A DNA stretch of 64,000 nucleotides from a virus. Position numbers and translations under genes: made by a program. The notes under the pieces were generated by a model. It was not told where the DNA came from, ran no database searches, and saw only the letters and a list, made by a program, of their open reading frames with translations. The stretch is taken from IMG/VR virus record IMGVR_UViG_3300047554_000536, positions 8,497 to 72,496 of that record; one strand, given 5' to 3'. Positions 37,635 to 45,237 of this stretch are shown here, one piece after another. The number at the start of each line of letters is the position of its first letter. Position 1 is the first letter of the stretch.

Positions 37635-37708
37635 GATCTCGTAGCTCAGTTGGATAGAGCACCTCACTTTTAATGAGGGAGTCGATGGTTCGAGCCCATC
37701 CGGGATCA
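37635..37708 (+). tRNA. tRNA-Lys(TTT)
   Basis: CCTCA-CT-TTT-AA-TGAGG. Confidence 0.9.
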
Positions 37709-37714
37709 CTTAAT

Positions 37715-37785
37715 ACGTCTGTGGTGAAATGGTATCATGCCGGTCTCCAAAACCGTTGTTGAGGGTTCGAATCCTTCCAGTCGTG
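37715..37785 (+). tRNA. tRNA-Trp(CCA)
   Basis: CGGT-CT-CCA-AA-ACCG. Confidence 0.85.
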
Positions 37786-37790
37786 CAATT

Positions 37791-37863
37791 GCCTTCGTAG
37801 CTCAATTGGCAGAGCACCGCACTTGTAATGCGGGGGTTGTAGGTTCGACTCCTATCGAAGGCT
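37791..37863 (+). tRNA. tRNA-Thr(TGT)
   Basis: CCGCA-CT-TGT-AA-TGCGG. Confidence 0.9.
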
Positions 37864-37870
37864 CAAAAAT

Positions 37871-37944
37871 ATTGGTATAGCTCAATTGGTCAGAGCATTC
37901 GCCTGATACGCGAAAGGTTTCAAGTTCGAGTCTTGATATCAATA
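37871..37944 (+). tRNA. tRNA-Ile(GAT)
   Basis: TTCGC-CT-GAT-AC-GCGAA. Confidence 0.9.
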
Positions 37945-37950
37945 CTACAA

Positions 37951-38023
37951 CTAGGTGTGGGAAAGTTGGTAATCCGCGGCATTTGGGATGCTGAGATCGC
38001 AGGTTCGAGTCCTGCCACTTAGA
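37951..38023 (+). tRNA. tRNA-Pro(TGG)
   Basis: CGGCA-TT-TGG-GA-TGCTG. Confidence 0.9.
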
Positions 38024-38028
38024 CAAAC

Positions 38029-38102
38029 GGTCCTTTAGCTCAGTTGGTTAGAGCAGCTCGCTCATAACGAGAAGGTCTCAGGTTCGAGCCCTGAATGGAC
38101 CA
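38029..38102 (+). tRNA. tRNA(CAT), likely Ile2 (lysidine) or Met
   Basis: CTCG-CT-CAT-AA-CGAG; GGTCC/GGACC-A acceptor. Confidence 0.8.
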
Positions 38103-38106
38103 CAAA

Positions 38107-38226
38107 GGAAGTGCAAGAGAGTCCTTAATGCGCAAAGAAGATCCTTGCTGTACAGTGTGGAAAGACATACAAAATAGTTTTAACGGGGGCTCCGGTTCTA
38201 TTCAAAAACGCGATTAGCCTTCACCA
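38107..38226 (+). ncRNA. candidate structured ncRNA A in tRNA array
   Basis: No ORF; several complementary segments, some crossing (see findings). Confidence 0.5.
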
Positions 38227-38299
38227 CTTTCCTTAGCTCAGTTGGTAGAGCGTTGCCCTTACATGGCAAAAGTCGTTGGTTCGAGTCCAGCAGGGAAGA
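38227..38299 (+). tRNA. tRNA-Val(TAC)
   Basis: TTGCC-CT-TAC-AT-GGCAA. Confidence 0.9.
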
Positions 38300-38369
38300 C
38301 AAGGAGTTCTCGATCTCAAGTGCTGGTTAGTGAAACATCTAATCGATGAGCCCATCAAAATCAGAATAG

Positions 38370-38451
38370 GCCTGTATCGCATAGCGGCAATTGCAGCTGA
38401 CTGTAAATCAGCTCCCTAACGGGTTCGGAGGTTCGAGTCCTTCTGCAGGCA
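38370..38451 (+). tRNA. tRNA-Tyr(GTA)
   Basis: GCTGA-CT-GTA-AA-TCAGC; long variable arm. Confidence 0.9.
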
Positions 38452-38459
38452 CAAAAAAT

Positions 38460-38532
38460 GGACCGGTAGCTCAGTTGGTAGAGCGTTGGCCTGAAGAGCC
38501 AAGCGTCGGGGGTTCGAATCCCTCCCGGTCCA
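38460..38532 (+). tRNA. tRNA-Phe(GAA)
   Basis: TTGGC-CT-GAA-GA-GCCAA. Confidence 0.9.
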
Positions 38533-38541
38533 CAATAATAA

Positions 38542-38614
38542 GCAGGTGTCGTATAATGGCTTATTACTCCAGTCTTCCAAACTGGAGATGAGAGTTCGAT
38601 TCTCTCCACCTGCT
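38542..38614 (+). tRNA. tRNA-Gly(TCC)
   Basis: CCAGT-CT-TCC-AA-ACTGG. Confidence 0.9.
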
Positions 38615-38617
38615 CAA

Positions 38618-38698
38618 AAGACAGATACCCGACGGGGAACGTAGAAGCGCCGGAATGAATTAGCACTGTAGGTCCGGGACGTGTGCAAAGTCTGTCTT
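38618..38698 (+). ncRNA. candidate structured ncRNA C in tRNA array
   Basis: AAGACAGA/TCTGTCTT closing stem, internal stems and possible pseudoknot. Confidence 0.55.
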
Positions 38699-38703
38699 AT
38701 CTT

Positions 38704-38776
38704 GGGGTTGTAGCTCAACTGGCTGAGCGTTACATTTGCAATGTAAAGGATGAGGGTTCGAATCCCTTCAGCTCCA
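38704..38776 (+). tRNA. tRNA-Ala(TGC)
   Basis: TTACA-TT-TGC-AA-TGTAA; G3:U70. Confidence 0.9.
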
Positions 38777-38781
38777 CAATC

Positions 38782-38853
38782 GGTCCATTGGTGTAATGGT
38801 TAACATGCGGCACTGTCTATGCTGCGCTACGAGTTCGATTCTCGTATGGACCG
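38782..38853 (+). tRNA. tRNA-Asp(GTC)
   Basis: CGGCA-CT-GTC-TA-TGCTG. Confidence 0.9.
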
Positions 38854-38859
38854 CTATCT

Positions 38860-38930
38860 TGTCCTGTAGTGAAATGGCATCACACGGCGTTTTGGCCGCT
38901 GGGTTAGAGGTTCGAATCCTCTCGGGACAA
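38860..38930 (+). tRNA. tRNA-Gln(TTG)
   Basis: CGGCG-TT-TTG-GC-CGCTG. Confidence 0.85.
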
Positions 38931-38935
38931 CAATT

Positions 38936-39021
38936 GGAAGAGTAACTGCAGCGGCCTGCAGCACTGTCTTGAAAACAGCTGGTACCTTGACCGGTATGGG
39001 GATCGACACCTCACTCTTCCG
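38936..39021 (+). tRNA. tRNA-Ser(TGA)
   Basis: CTGT-CT-TGA-AA-ACAG; long variable arm; atypical T-loop ATCGAC. Confidence 0.85.
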
Positions 39022-39028
39022 CTTATAT

Positions 39029-39102
39029 GGTGTCTATAGCTCAGTAGGTAGAGCAAAGGGTTGTGGTCCCTTGTGCCGTGAGTTCGATTCTCACTAGTCA
39101 CC
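39029..39102 (+). tRNA. tRNA-His(GTG)
   Basis: AAGGG-TT-GTG-GT-CCCTT; G-1:C73. Confidence 0.9.
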
Positions 39103-39107
39103 CAATT

Positions 39108-39191
39108 GGAGAGTAAAGCAGTCAGGGCACTGTCACCGCCTGCTAAGCGAGTGGTACTTTCGAGTATGAATTTCGATTATTCTGCTCTCCG
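39108..39191 (+). tRNA. tRNA-Ser(GCT)
   Basis: CGC-CT-GCT-AA-GCG; long variable arm; GGAGAG/CTCTCC. Confidence 0.8.
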
Positions 39192-39196
39192 CAAAT

Positions 39197-39268
39197 GCCT
39201 CTATCGTTCAATGGATAGGACACGGCCCTTCTAAGGCTGTTATTGGGGTTCGAGTCCCTATAGAGGTA
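39197..39268 (+). tRNA. tRNA-Arg(TCT)
   Basis: CGGCC-CT-TCT-AA-GGCTG. Confidence 0.9.
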
Positions 39269-39270
39269 CT

Positions 39271-39401
39271 AGGTGATAAAAAAGCGTAGGTTGGTAGACG
39301 TGGAGAGACGTGTCGCAAGGGTACACACTTAGCAGCTCTATTATGGTGTGTGAAGCACTGCTCAGCAGATCCCAGATTCCTGATAAAGCCAACCATCACC
39401 T
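39271..39401 (+). ncRNA. candidate structured ncRNA D in tRNA array
   Basis: AGGTGAT/ATCACCT and GGTTGGT/GCCAACC nested closing stems plus three inner hairpins. Confidence 0.55.
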
Positions 39402-39406
39402 TTCAT

Positions 39407-39478
39407 GCTCTGTTAGTTCAACGGATAGAACACTTGACTACGGATCAAGAGATAGGAGTTCGAATCTCTTACGGAGTA
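39407..39478 (+). tRNA. tRNA-Arg(ACG)
   Basis: CTTGA-CT-ACG-GA-TCAAG. Confidence 0.9.
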
Positions 39479-39485
39479 CTAATAA

Positions 39486-39555
39486 GGTCAGTTTAGTCGT
39501 GGAGGCTGGTAGGTCTGCAAAACCTATGGAGTTGGTTCGATTCCAACATTGACCT
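39486..39555 (+). tRNA. tRNA-Cys(GCA)
   Basis: TAGGT-CT-GCA-AA-ACCTA; U73; irregular D-arm. Confidence 0.8.
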
Positions 39556-39571
39556 CAAAAAAACAAAAGCT

Positions 39572-40027
39572 ATGAAGACGTTTAGAAGTTTAACAAACAG
39601 AAAGGAAGTAGATTTAATTCCTTACGTATCCAACTTTATCAAAGAAAATGATGACACAGTATTGTATGTTGGTTGTGACTCTCAGAACGTCCGCGACAAT
39701 ACAAACTACGCTGTCGTGATCGTTTTGTATAATCCTGGAAAGGGTGGGCACGTATTGTATTCAAGAACCACAATGCCAAAGATTGAAGACCGTTACACTA
39801 AGTTGTGGAATGAGGTTGAGTATTCAATCGAGGTAGCAGAGTACTTAACTAACAATGGTATCCAACGTCCAAGCTATATTGACTTAGACTTGAATCCAGA
39901 TCCAAAATACAAAAGCAATCAAATTTTGAGAGCTGCGCTTGGATATGTGGAGAGTATGGGGTATATTGCTAGATGTAAACCTAATGCAATGGTAGCATCT
40001 CACGTAGCAGATGCCTTATGTAAATAA
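39572..40027 (+). CDS. RNase H-like YkuK (DUF458) family protein
   Basis: YVGCDSQ, GGH, EVEYS, IDLD, ASHVAD. Confidence 0.75.
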   Translation: MKTFRSLTNRKEVDLIPYVSNFIKENDDTVLYVGCDSQNVRDNTNYAVVIVLYNPGKGGHVLYSRTTMPKIEDRYTKLWNEVEYSIEVAEYLTNNGIQRPSYIDLDLNPDPKYKSNQILRAALGYVESMGYIARCKPNAMVASHVADALCK

Positions 40028-40040
40028 GTTATCAACAGCT

Positions 40041-40072
40041 GTTGTCTAGGTGAACAAAAGTTCCTATCTTTA
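40041..40072 (+). promoter_or_regulatory. internal promoter for the Leu tRNAs
   Basis: GTTGT 40041 + TATCTTTA 40065. Confidence 0.65.
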
Positions 40073-40084
40073 CTGTATAGAAAT

Positions 40085-40162
40085 GCCCCTTTGGCGGAAT
40101 TGGTAGACGCGCTAGACTTAGGATCTAGTCTTCGGGTGAGAGTTCGAGTCTCTCAGGGGGTA
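40085..40162 (+). tRNA. tRNA-Leu(TAG)
   Basis: CTAGA-CT-TAG-GA-TCTAG. Confidence 0.9.
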
Positions 40163-40167
40163 CAAAT

Positions 40168-40253
40168 GCTACTGTGGTGAAATAGGTAGACACGAGGGAC
40201 TTAAAATCCCTTGGCCAGTGATGGTCGTGCCGGTTCGATTCCGGCCAGTAGTA
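40168..40253 (+). tRNA. tRNA-Leu(TAA)
   Basis: AGGGA-CT-TAA-AA-TCCCT; long variable arm. Confidence 0.9.
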
Positions 40254-40268
40254 CTAAATTAATTACAT

Positions 40269-40487
40269 ATGTGGAGTAAAGTGTTAAAGTTTGCAACCAA
40301 TTTTTTATATTGGTTTTTAGGTTTCTCAATGATGGCATTGGGTGCAGAGCTTTTATTGATATGGCTCAAAGAAGATGGTTTTAGTATTACTGGTTTTATT
40401 CTAGGATTCATGGGTTACCTAATCCTACGACCAGCAGCTGAGTACTGGAAAGATCAACTCCTTAGTGTTTGGAAATCTAAAGAATAA
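40269..40487 (+). CDS. small membrane protein (two TM helices)
   Basis: Two hydrophobic segments. Confidence 0.65.
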   Translation: MWSKVLKFATNFLYWFLGFSMMALGAELLLIWLKEDGFSITGFILGFMGYLILRPAAEYWKDQLLSVWKSKE

Positions 40488-40505
40488 GTTGTATATTCAA
40501 ACAAT

Positions 40506-40577
40506 GGCCCGTTAGTCTATCGGTTAGGACGCATCCCTTTCACGGATGAGAGACGAGTTCGATTCTCGTACGGGCTA
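40506..40577 (+). tRNA. tRNA-Glu(TTC)
   Basis: CATCC-CT-TTC-AC-GGATG. Confidence 0.9.
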
Positions 40578-40592
40578 CTAAAATTAAAACAA

Positions 40593-40847
40593 ATGAAAAG
40601 GTTACAAATCATCACATTGGCACTTTTAACAGCAGCTGCAACAATCACCTCTTGTACAGACAATCAACGTGCAAAGAATTGGGGTGGAACCGAAACAATC
40701 ACACTAAAACCAAACGAGCGAGTGCTTAACGTCACTTGGAAAGAGACTGAGATGTGGATTTGCACTCAGGATACTACTACCGGAGTTGTGTACTTCCGCG
40801 AGAAGTCTAACTGGGGTATGATGGAAGGTACGGTTATTTTGAAGTAA
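40593..40847 (+). CDS. small lipoprotein
   Basis: Signal peptide with ITSC lipobox; RAKNWGG motif. Confidence 0.7.
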   Translation: MKRLQIITLALLTAAATITSCTDNQRAKNWGGTETITLKPNERVLNVTWKETEMWICTQDTTTGVVYFREKSNWGMMEGTVILK

Positions 40848-40855
40848 CCGACCAT

Positions 40856-40963
40856 AGTCAGGTGGCGGAATTGGTAGACGCTGCGCTTTATATCAGGTGT
40901 ATAAAGGTGAATCTTGGTCGAAAGATTGCAACAAGAATACAGGTTCAAATCCTGTCCTGACTA
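40856..40963 (+). ncRNA. tRNA-like RNA with aberrant branched anticodon arm
   Basis: AGTCAGG/CCTGACT acceptor, Leu-type D-arm, ACAGGTTCAAATCCTGT T-arm; no canonical 7-nt anticodon loop. Confidence 0.7.
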
Positions 40964-41007
40964 CAAATAATGCAGGTTCTTTGACATATTCAAAAAAAGG
41001 AAACGAT

Positions 41008-41340
41008 ATGGAAACACTATCATTTGCTTTTGGAGTGTTAACAATGGTGGGAGTGGCATTTGCTGCTCTTATTATTGTGAGCATTGTAAAGGCGTACAAG
41101 CAACAAACACGTATTCAACAACTAGAGGAATGGCTCTTGAATGTTGATAGAGATTATCACTACCAAGATAACGAAGTCTATAAAGCTATTGACGATCGAA
41201 TCAGGGGTGTGAATGATCAAATCACTGATTCAGTTACTCAATGTAACTCCTATACAGATAAACGAATCGACAAGCTGATCGATACCTACTTTATGGTAAA
41301 AGAAGCTGAAAAACAAACCAAGAAACAGTTAAACGGATAA
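41008..41340 (+). CDS. membrane-anchored coiled-coil protein
   Basis: ATG 41008 preferred; N-terminal TM helix. Confidence 0.65.
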   Translation: METLSFAFGVLTMVGVAFAALIIVSIVKAYKQQTRIQQLEEWLLNVDRDYHYQDNEVYKAIDDRIRGVNDQITDSVTQCNSYTDKRIDKLIDTYFMVKEAEKQTKKQLNG

Positions 41341-41381
41341 ACTAACCCGTCATAAGAACCTGCATTTAATTTTTGAAGACT

Positions 41382-41825
41382 ATGGAAAAATATTACATTT
41401 ATTTAGATGACCTACGCACACCACGCCAAGAGGAGTTGGTAGATAGGCCACAATGGACAGTCGTAAGAAACTACGATGAGTTTGTAAACAAGATCACTGA
41501 GGTTGGTTTGGAGAATGTTGAACTCATCTCACTAGATCACGACTTAGGTGAGTCTGCGATGCAAGAGTGGCACACTAACGTATACCACAACTACACCTTA
41601 GATTACAACAACATTACTGAGAAGACTGGAATGGATTGTACTAAGTGGTTGGTAGAGCAATGGTTGAATGGTGCACCAGTATGTCGTGTTATGGTTCATT
41701 CAGCAAATGCTGTTGGAAGTGCGAACATGATGGGGTATATTAACAACTACAAGCACATCCACCGCTTACCACAAGACTGCGCTAGATGGGTAGTGCCTCA
41801 TGATATTGAAACAATTATAGGATAA
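41382..41825 (+). CDS. cyclic-phosphate-processing receiver-like domain protein
   Basis: YLDDLRTP, VRNYDEF, ISLDHDLG, KTGMDC, VHSAN.VG. Confidence 0.75.
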   Translation: MEKYYIYLDDLRTPRQEELVDRPQWTVVRNYDEFVNKITEVGLENVELISLDHDLGESAMQEWHTNVYHNYTLDYNNITEKTGMDCTKWLVEQWLNGAPVCRVMVHSANAVGSANMMGYINNYKHIHRLPQDCARWVVPHDIETIIG

Positions 41826-42091
41826 TGGAAGCAATCGTAGTAGCATTAATGGCACTTGTGTTCTTGTTAGGTCTAGGCTTGACCTCAGCAATAATTCACA
41901 TACGAGCTATACAAAAGGAGTTAGAAGCTCTTAGTGAAGTTGATGAGGAGCAAGATGAGATGATCACTAAAGTACTCGAATACAATAGGGATTTAGCTTT
42001 AGCTATTAGAGAACTTCAGAATCACGTAATACAACAACAATCACAATCATTTCCGACATACCCGTATGGAGGACCAATAGGAGAAGCATAA
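41825..42091 (+). CDS. membrane-anchored hypothetical protein
   Basis: N-terminal TM and coiled coil. Confidence 0.6.
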   Translation: MEAIVVALMALVFLLGLGLTSAIIHIRAIQKELEALSEVDEEQDEMITKVLEYNRDLALAIRELQNHVIQQQSQSFPTYPYGGPIGEA

Positions 42092-42094
42092 GTT

Positions 42095-42718
42095 ATGAAG
42101 GTAAAAGCAGCAGATACATTCTTCGATAGTGTTGAACGAATGATCAATAGACAAAGATGGTACTGGAAGTCTTGGGACTTCTTGAGATATGATATGCCTA
42201 GATTTTTTAAGAATCTCTGGTTGTTCAGAAAAGACCTATACAAGTATCGCTGGTATAGTGGTGATGATGCAGTACTTCCTTTCATGAGGACAGCTTTGAT
42301 GGATATGGCTAAAAACATTGATGAGCGTGGCTTAGAAGTGGATGTGACTAGAAAGAAGAAAGTCGCTAAGATGTATCGTGCTGTATTCTTGATGGAACGA
42401 TTCCTTGAAGATGACTTTGTTGAGATGGCTGAAAAAGAATTAGGAGAGCTTCAGAATACAAAAGTCGAATTTGAACCAGCGGATGAAGAAGGTTACTGGA
42501 GACTAAAGGATTCAGATACTCCAGAGCAGCAAGCTCACAATCGTAAAGTGTTTGCTCGAGCTCGTGAGATTGAAAGCCAAATGTGGACTGAGCTGTGGAC
42601 TATTCTAGAAGGTCAGAAGGCATCACACTTTGATGTGTTTCTAGATAAAGCTGAGGATAAGAATGGTGCGTGGAACAATTGGTTCGATGGTTCAGGATTA
42701 AGAGGTTGGTGGGATTAA
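42095..42718 (+). CDS. hypothetical phage protein
   Basis: ORF track; GWWD C-terminus. Confidence 0.7.
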   Translation: MKVKAADTFFDSVERMINRQRWYWKSWDFLRYDMPRFFKNLWLFRKDLYKYRWYSGDDAVLPFMRTALMDMAKNIDERGLEVDVTRKKKVAKMYRAVFLMERFLEDDFVEMAEKELGELQNTKVEFEPADEEGYWRLKDSDTPEQQAHNRKVFARAREIESQMWTELWTILEGQKASHFDVFLDKAEDKNGAWNNWFDGSGLRGWWD

Positions 42719-42987
42719 GCTATGACGACGGAGGAGATATACCAAAGAGTCTGTGAGATATCAGAACTACTGTCATCTCGAGGTCTTACCGATTGGGAGC
42801 AAGATGAGCTTTGTGAAGAACTTGATCAGATGATTGCAATACTGGAAACACAAATTCATAAAAACATACAAGATGAACAAAGTTAACAAATTTATCGATT
42901 TGATTCGATACCGACTATTTGAAGTCCAATTATACTTGGAGCTATCCTATGACAAACTAAAAGGTTTCTTTAAACGCAAGAGTTAAT

Positions 42988-44334
42988 ATGAATAGACTTG
43001 ATAAACAATATCAATCATTACTAAAAGACATTCTGGATAACGGAACACATAAAATGGATCGTACTGGTACTGGTACGATTTCCGTTTTTGGTAGGCAGAT
43101 TCGTCACAAGATGAGTACTGGGTTTCCATTGCTGACTACAAAGAAGATGCCGTTCAAGACTATCGCTACAGAGCTTATCTGGTTCTTGCGTGGTGATACT
43201 AATATCAAGTACCTTGTTGATAACAACTGTCATATTTGGGATGGAGATGCCTACAAGAATTATGAGAAGTGGTACGAGAATATGGCAAAGACTACGCCAT
43301 TCACTGTTCCTAGAAAGTTTACACAAGAAGAACTAATCCAAGCTATAAAGCTAGACGATAAACATGCTGAACTGTTTGGCGAGTTAGGACCAATTTATGG
43401 TGCACAGTGGAGAGAGTGGGTAACACAAACTGCAATACCTACAACATTAAGAGTTGATGATGGTGATGATACTGAACCTTTATTTGTTAGAGGTACGAGG
43501 TACATTGATCAAATCGAAAACCTAATCCGTGATCTTAAAACAAATCCAGACTCAAGACGATTAATGGTTAGTGCTTGGAATGTAAGTGAATTAGACCAAA
43601 TGGTACTTCCACCTTGTCATTATGGATTTCAAGTTTATACAAGAGAGTTGAGTTTAAATGAAAGAGGTGAAGTTTTCAAAAAAACATATCCTGATAAATC
43701 TGTATCTGATTTTGCACCAGGTGGAATGGAAGTCCAATCTCTTAGTCACCAACTAACTGCGAGATATAATAACGCTAAAATCCCAACACGAGCAATCTCT
43801 TTAATGTGGAATCAACGTTCAGTAGATACATTTTTAGGTTTACCATTTAACATTGCGTCTTATGGATTGTTATTAGAAATCATTGCTAAAGCAGTGAATA
43901 TGGTTCCAGATGAATTGATTGGTAACTTGGGAGACGTTCATCTATACTCTAACCATATTGAACAAGCTAAGGAGCAGATCGGAAGAAGATTTACTCCGGA
44001 GGAGCGTCAAGAGAAGCTAATGGCAGCTATGGGTATTGATGCATATAAGCATGCTCTATCTGAGTTGATGCCATTTGGTGGTGGAATGTCTCACCATTAC
44101 GATTGGCATGAAATACCATACTACACTAGAGAACCATACGCACTACCAAGACTAAACATCAATACAGAGTTTTGGCCAACTGAGAGTGGTGAGTGTGGAG
44201 TAGGTCCAATTGATGCTGTAGCCTTCTTTAATGGATTTACAAACGACAACTTCTGCAAGTGCTTGCTGGAGGATGATTTGCAACTGAGTGGTTACAAGTC
44301 ACACCCTACCATCAAAGCACCGCTATCAAACTAA
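42988..44334 (+). CDS. thyA: thymidylate synthase (with insertions)
   Basis: DRTGTGT, GFPLLTTK, ELIWFL, PDSRR, LPPCH, QRSVD..LGLPFN, GDVHLY. Confidence 0.95.
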   Translation: MNRLDKQYQSLLKDILDNGTHKMDRTGTGTISVFGRQIRHKMSTGFPLLTTKKMPFKTIATELIWFLRGDTNIKYLVDNNCHIWDGDAYKNYEKWYENMAKTTPFTVPRKFTQEELIQAIKLDDKHAELFGELGPIYGAQWREWVTQTAIPTTLRVDDGDDTEPLFVRGTRYIDQIENLIRDLKTNPDSRRLMVSAWNVSELDQMVLPPCHYGFQVYTRELSLNERGEVFKKTYPDKSVSDFAPGGMEVQSLSHQLTARYNNAKIPTRAISLMWNQRSVDTFLGLPFNIASYGLLLEIIAKAVNMVPDELIGNLGDVHLYSNHIEQAKEQIGRRFTPEERQEKLMAAMGIDAYKHALSELMPFGGGMSHHYDWHEIPYYTREPYALPRLNINTEFWPTESGECGVGPIDAVAFFNGFTNDNFCKCLLEDDLQLSGYKSHPTIKAPLSN

Positions 44335-44458
44335 CAACTATGAGATTACTAAACGGAATGGCAGCCTTTATTGTTGGATCACTCAACCTCATACTAACCG
44401 CTTTTGTGGGTTTGTATGAAGTGTTGTTTAATCGAAAATAAGGTATTATATTTAACAC

Positions 44459-45211
44459 ATGAAAATTACATTAATATCAGATACACATACGAGACATCGT
44501 CATTGTGAGCAAGACTTACCAGGTGGTGACTTGCTGATCCACGCAGGAGACTTTATGAACTCTGGATATAGTCCATACGAGGCAGAAGAATTCTTCAAGT
44601 GGTTTGATGCAATTGAGCATTATGATACAAAAGTATTCATTGCAGGTAATCATGATCGTATAATGGAGAATGATCCTGAATGGGCTAGAGGTGTATTGAC
44701 TGGGTATAAGACTATTGAGTATCTACAAGATGAGAGTCTAACGCTATACTACGATGGTCCTAATGGCGATCATCCAGAAGACAACGTTCGTATTTGGGGT
44801 GCACCTTGGCAACCTGAGTTTTACAATTGGGCTTTCAATCTTCCTCGCAATGGTGAAGAGTTACGGGAGAAGTGGTCTTTGATTCCATCAAATACAGATA
44901 TCCTCATTACACACGGTCCTGCTCAGACGTATCTAGATACATCAGGTGCTCCATACAACACACCGCTACTTGGGTGTGAGTTATTGAAAGAGCGTATTGA
45001 ATCAATTAGACCTAAGATCCATGTGTGTGGCCATATTCACGGTGGTCATGGTTACTACTTTAATGGGCACACTCACTTTTTCAATGCATCGATACTGGAT
45101 GAGAGGTACAATTACGCCAATCTTCCATTCATGTTTACCTGGGATCAAGTAACAAATCAAATTATTTGGGATGAACCTGTTGCAAAAACGAAAAAGAGGT
45201 TGTATATTTAG
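44459..45211 (+). CDS. calcineurin-like metallophosphoesterase
   Basis: SDTH, HAGD, AGNHD, THGP, GHIH; promoter at 44423-44454. Confidence 0.85.
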   Translation: MKITLISDTHTRHRHCEQDLPGGDLLIHAGDFMNSGYSPYEAEEFFKWFDAIEHYDTKVFIAGNHDRIMENDPEWARGVLTGYKTIEYLQDESLTLYYDGPNGDHPEDNVRIWGAPWQPEFYNWAFNLPRNGEELREKWSLIPSNTDILITHGPAQTYLDTSGAPYNTPLLGCELLKERIESIRPKIHVCGHIHGGHGYYFNGHTHFFNASILDERYNYANLPFMFTWDQVTNQIIWDEPVAKTKKRLYI

Positions 45212-45237
45212 GATAAATTAATAAACACACAAAGGTT

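Noticed and set aside
38103-39401. Assigning the inter-tRNA RNAs to hammerhead, twister, pistol or HDV-like/theta ribozymes, tmRNA or SRP
   Set aside because: I could not match complete catalytic-core consensus sequences by eye; left unassigned pending an Rfam search.
37802-39552. ORF-track ORFs overlapping the tRNA array on both strands
   Set aside because: Artefacts of tRNA sequences; the cloverleaves explain the region.
42988-44334. dCMP hydroxymethylase (modified pyrimidine)
   Set aside because: Retains the Asn in GLPFN typical of dUMP-specific thymidylate synthase.
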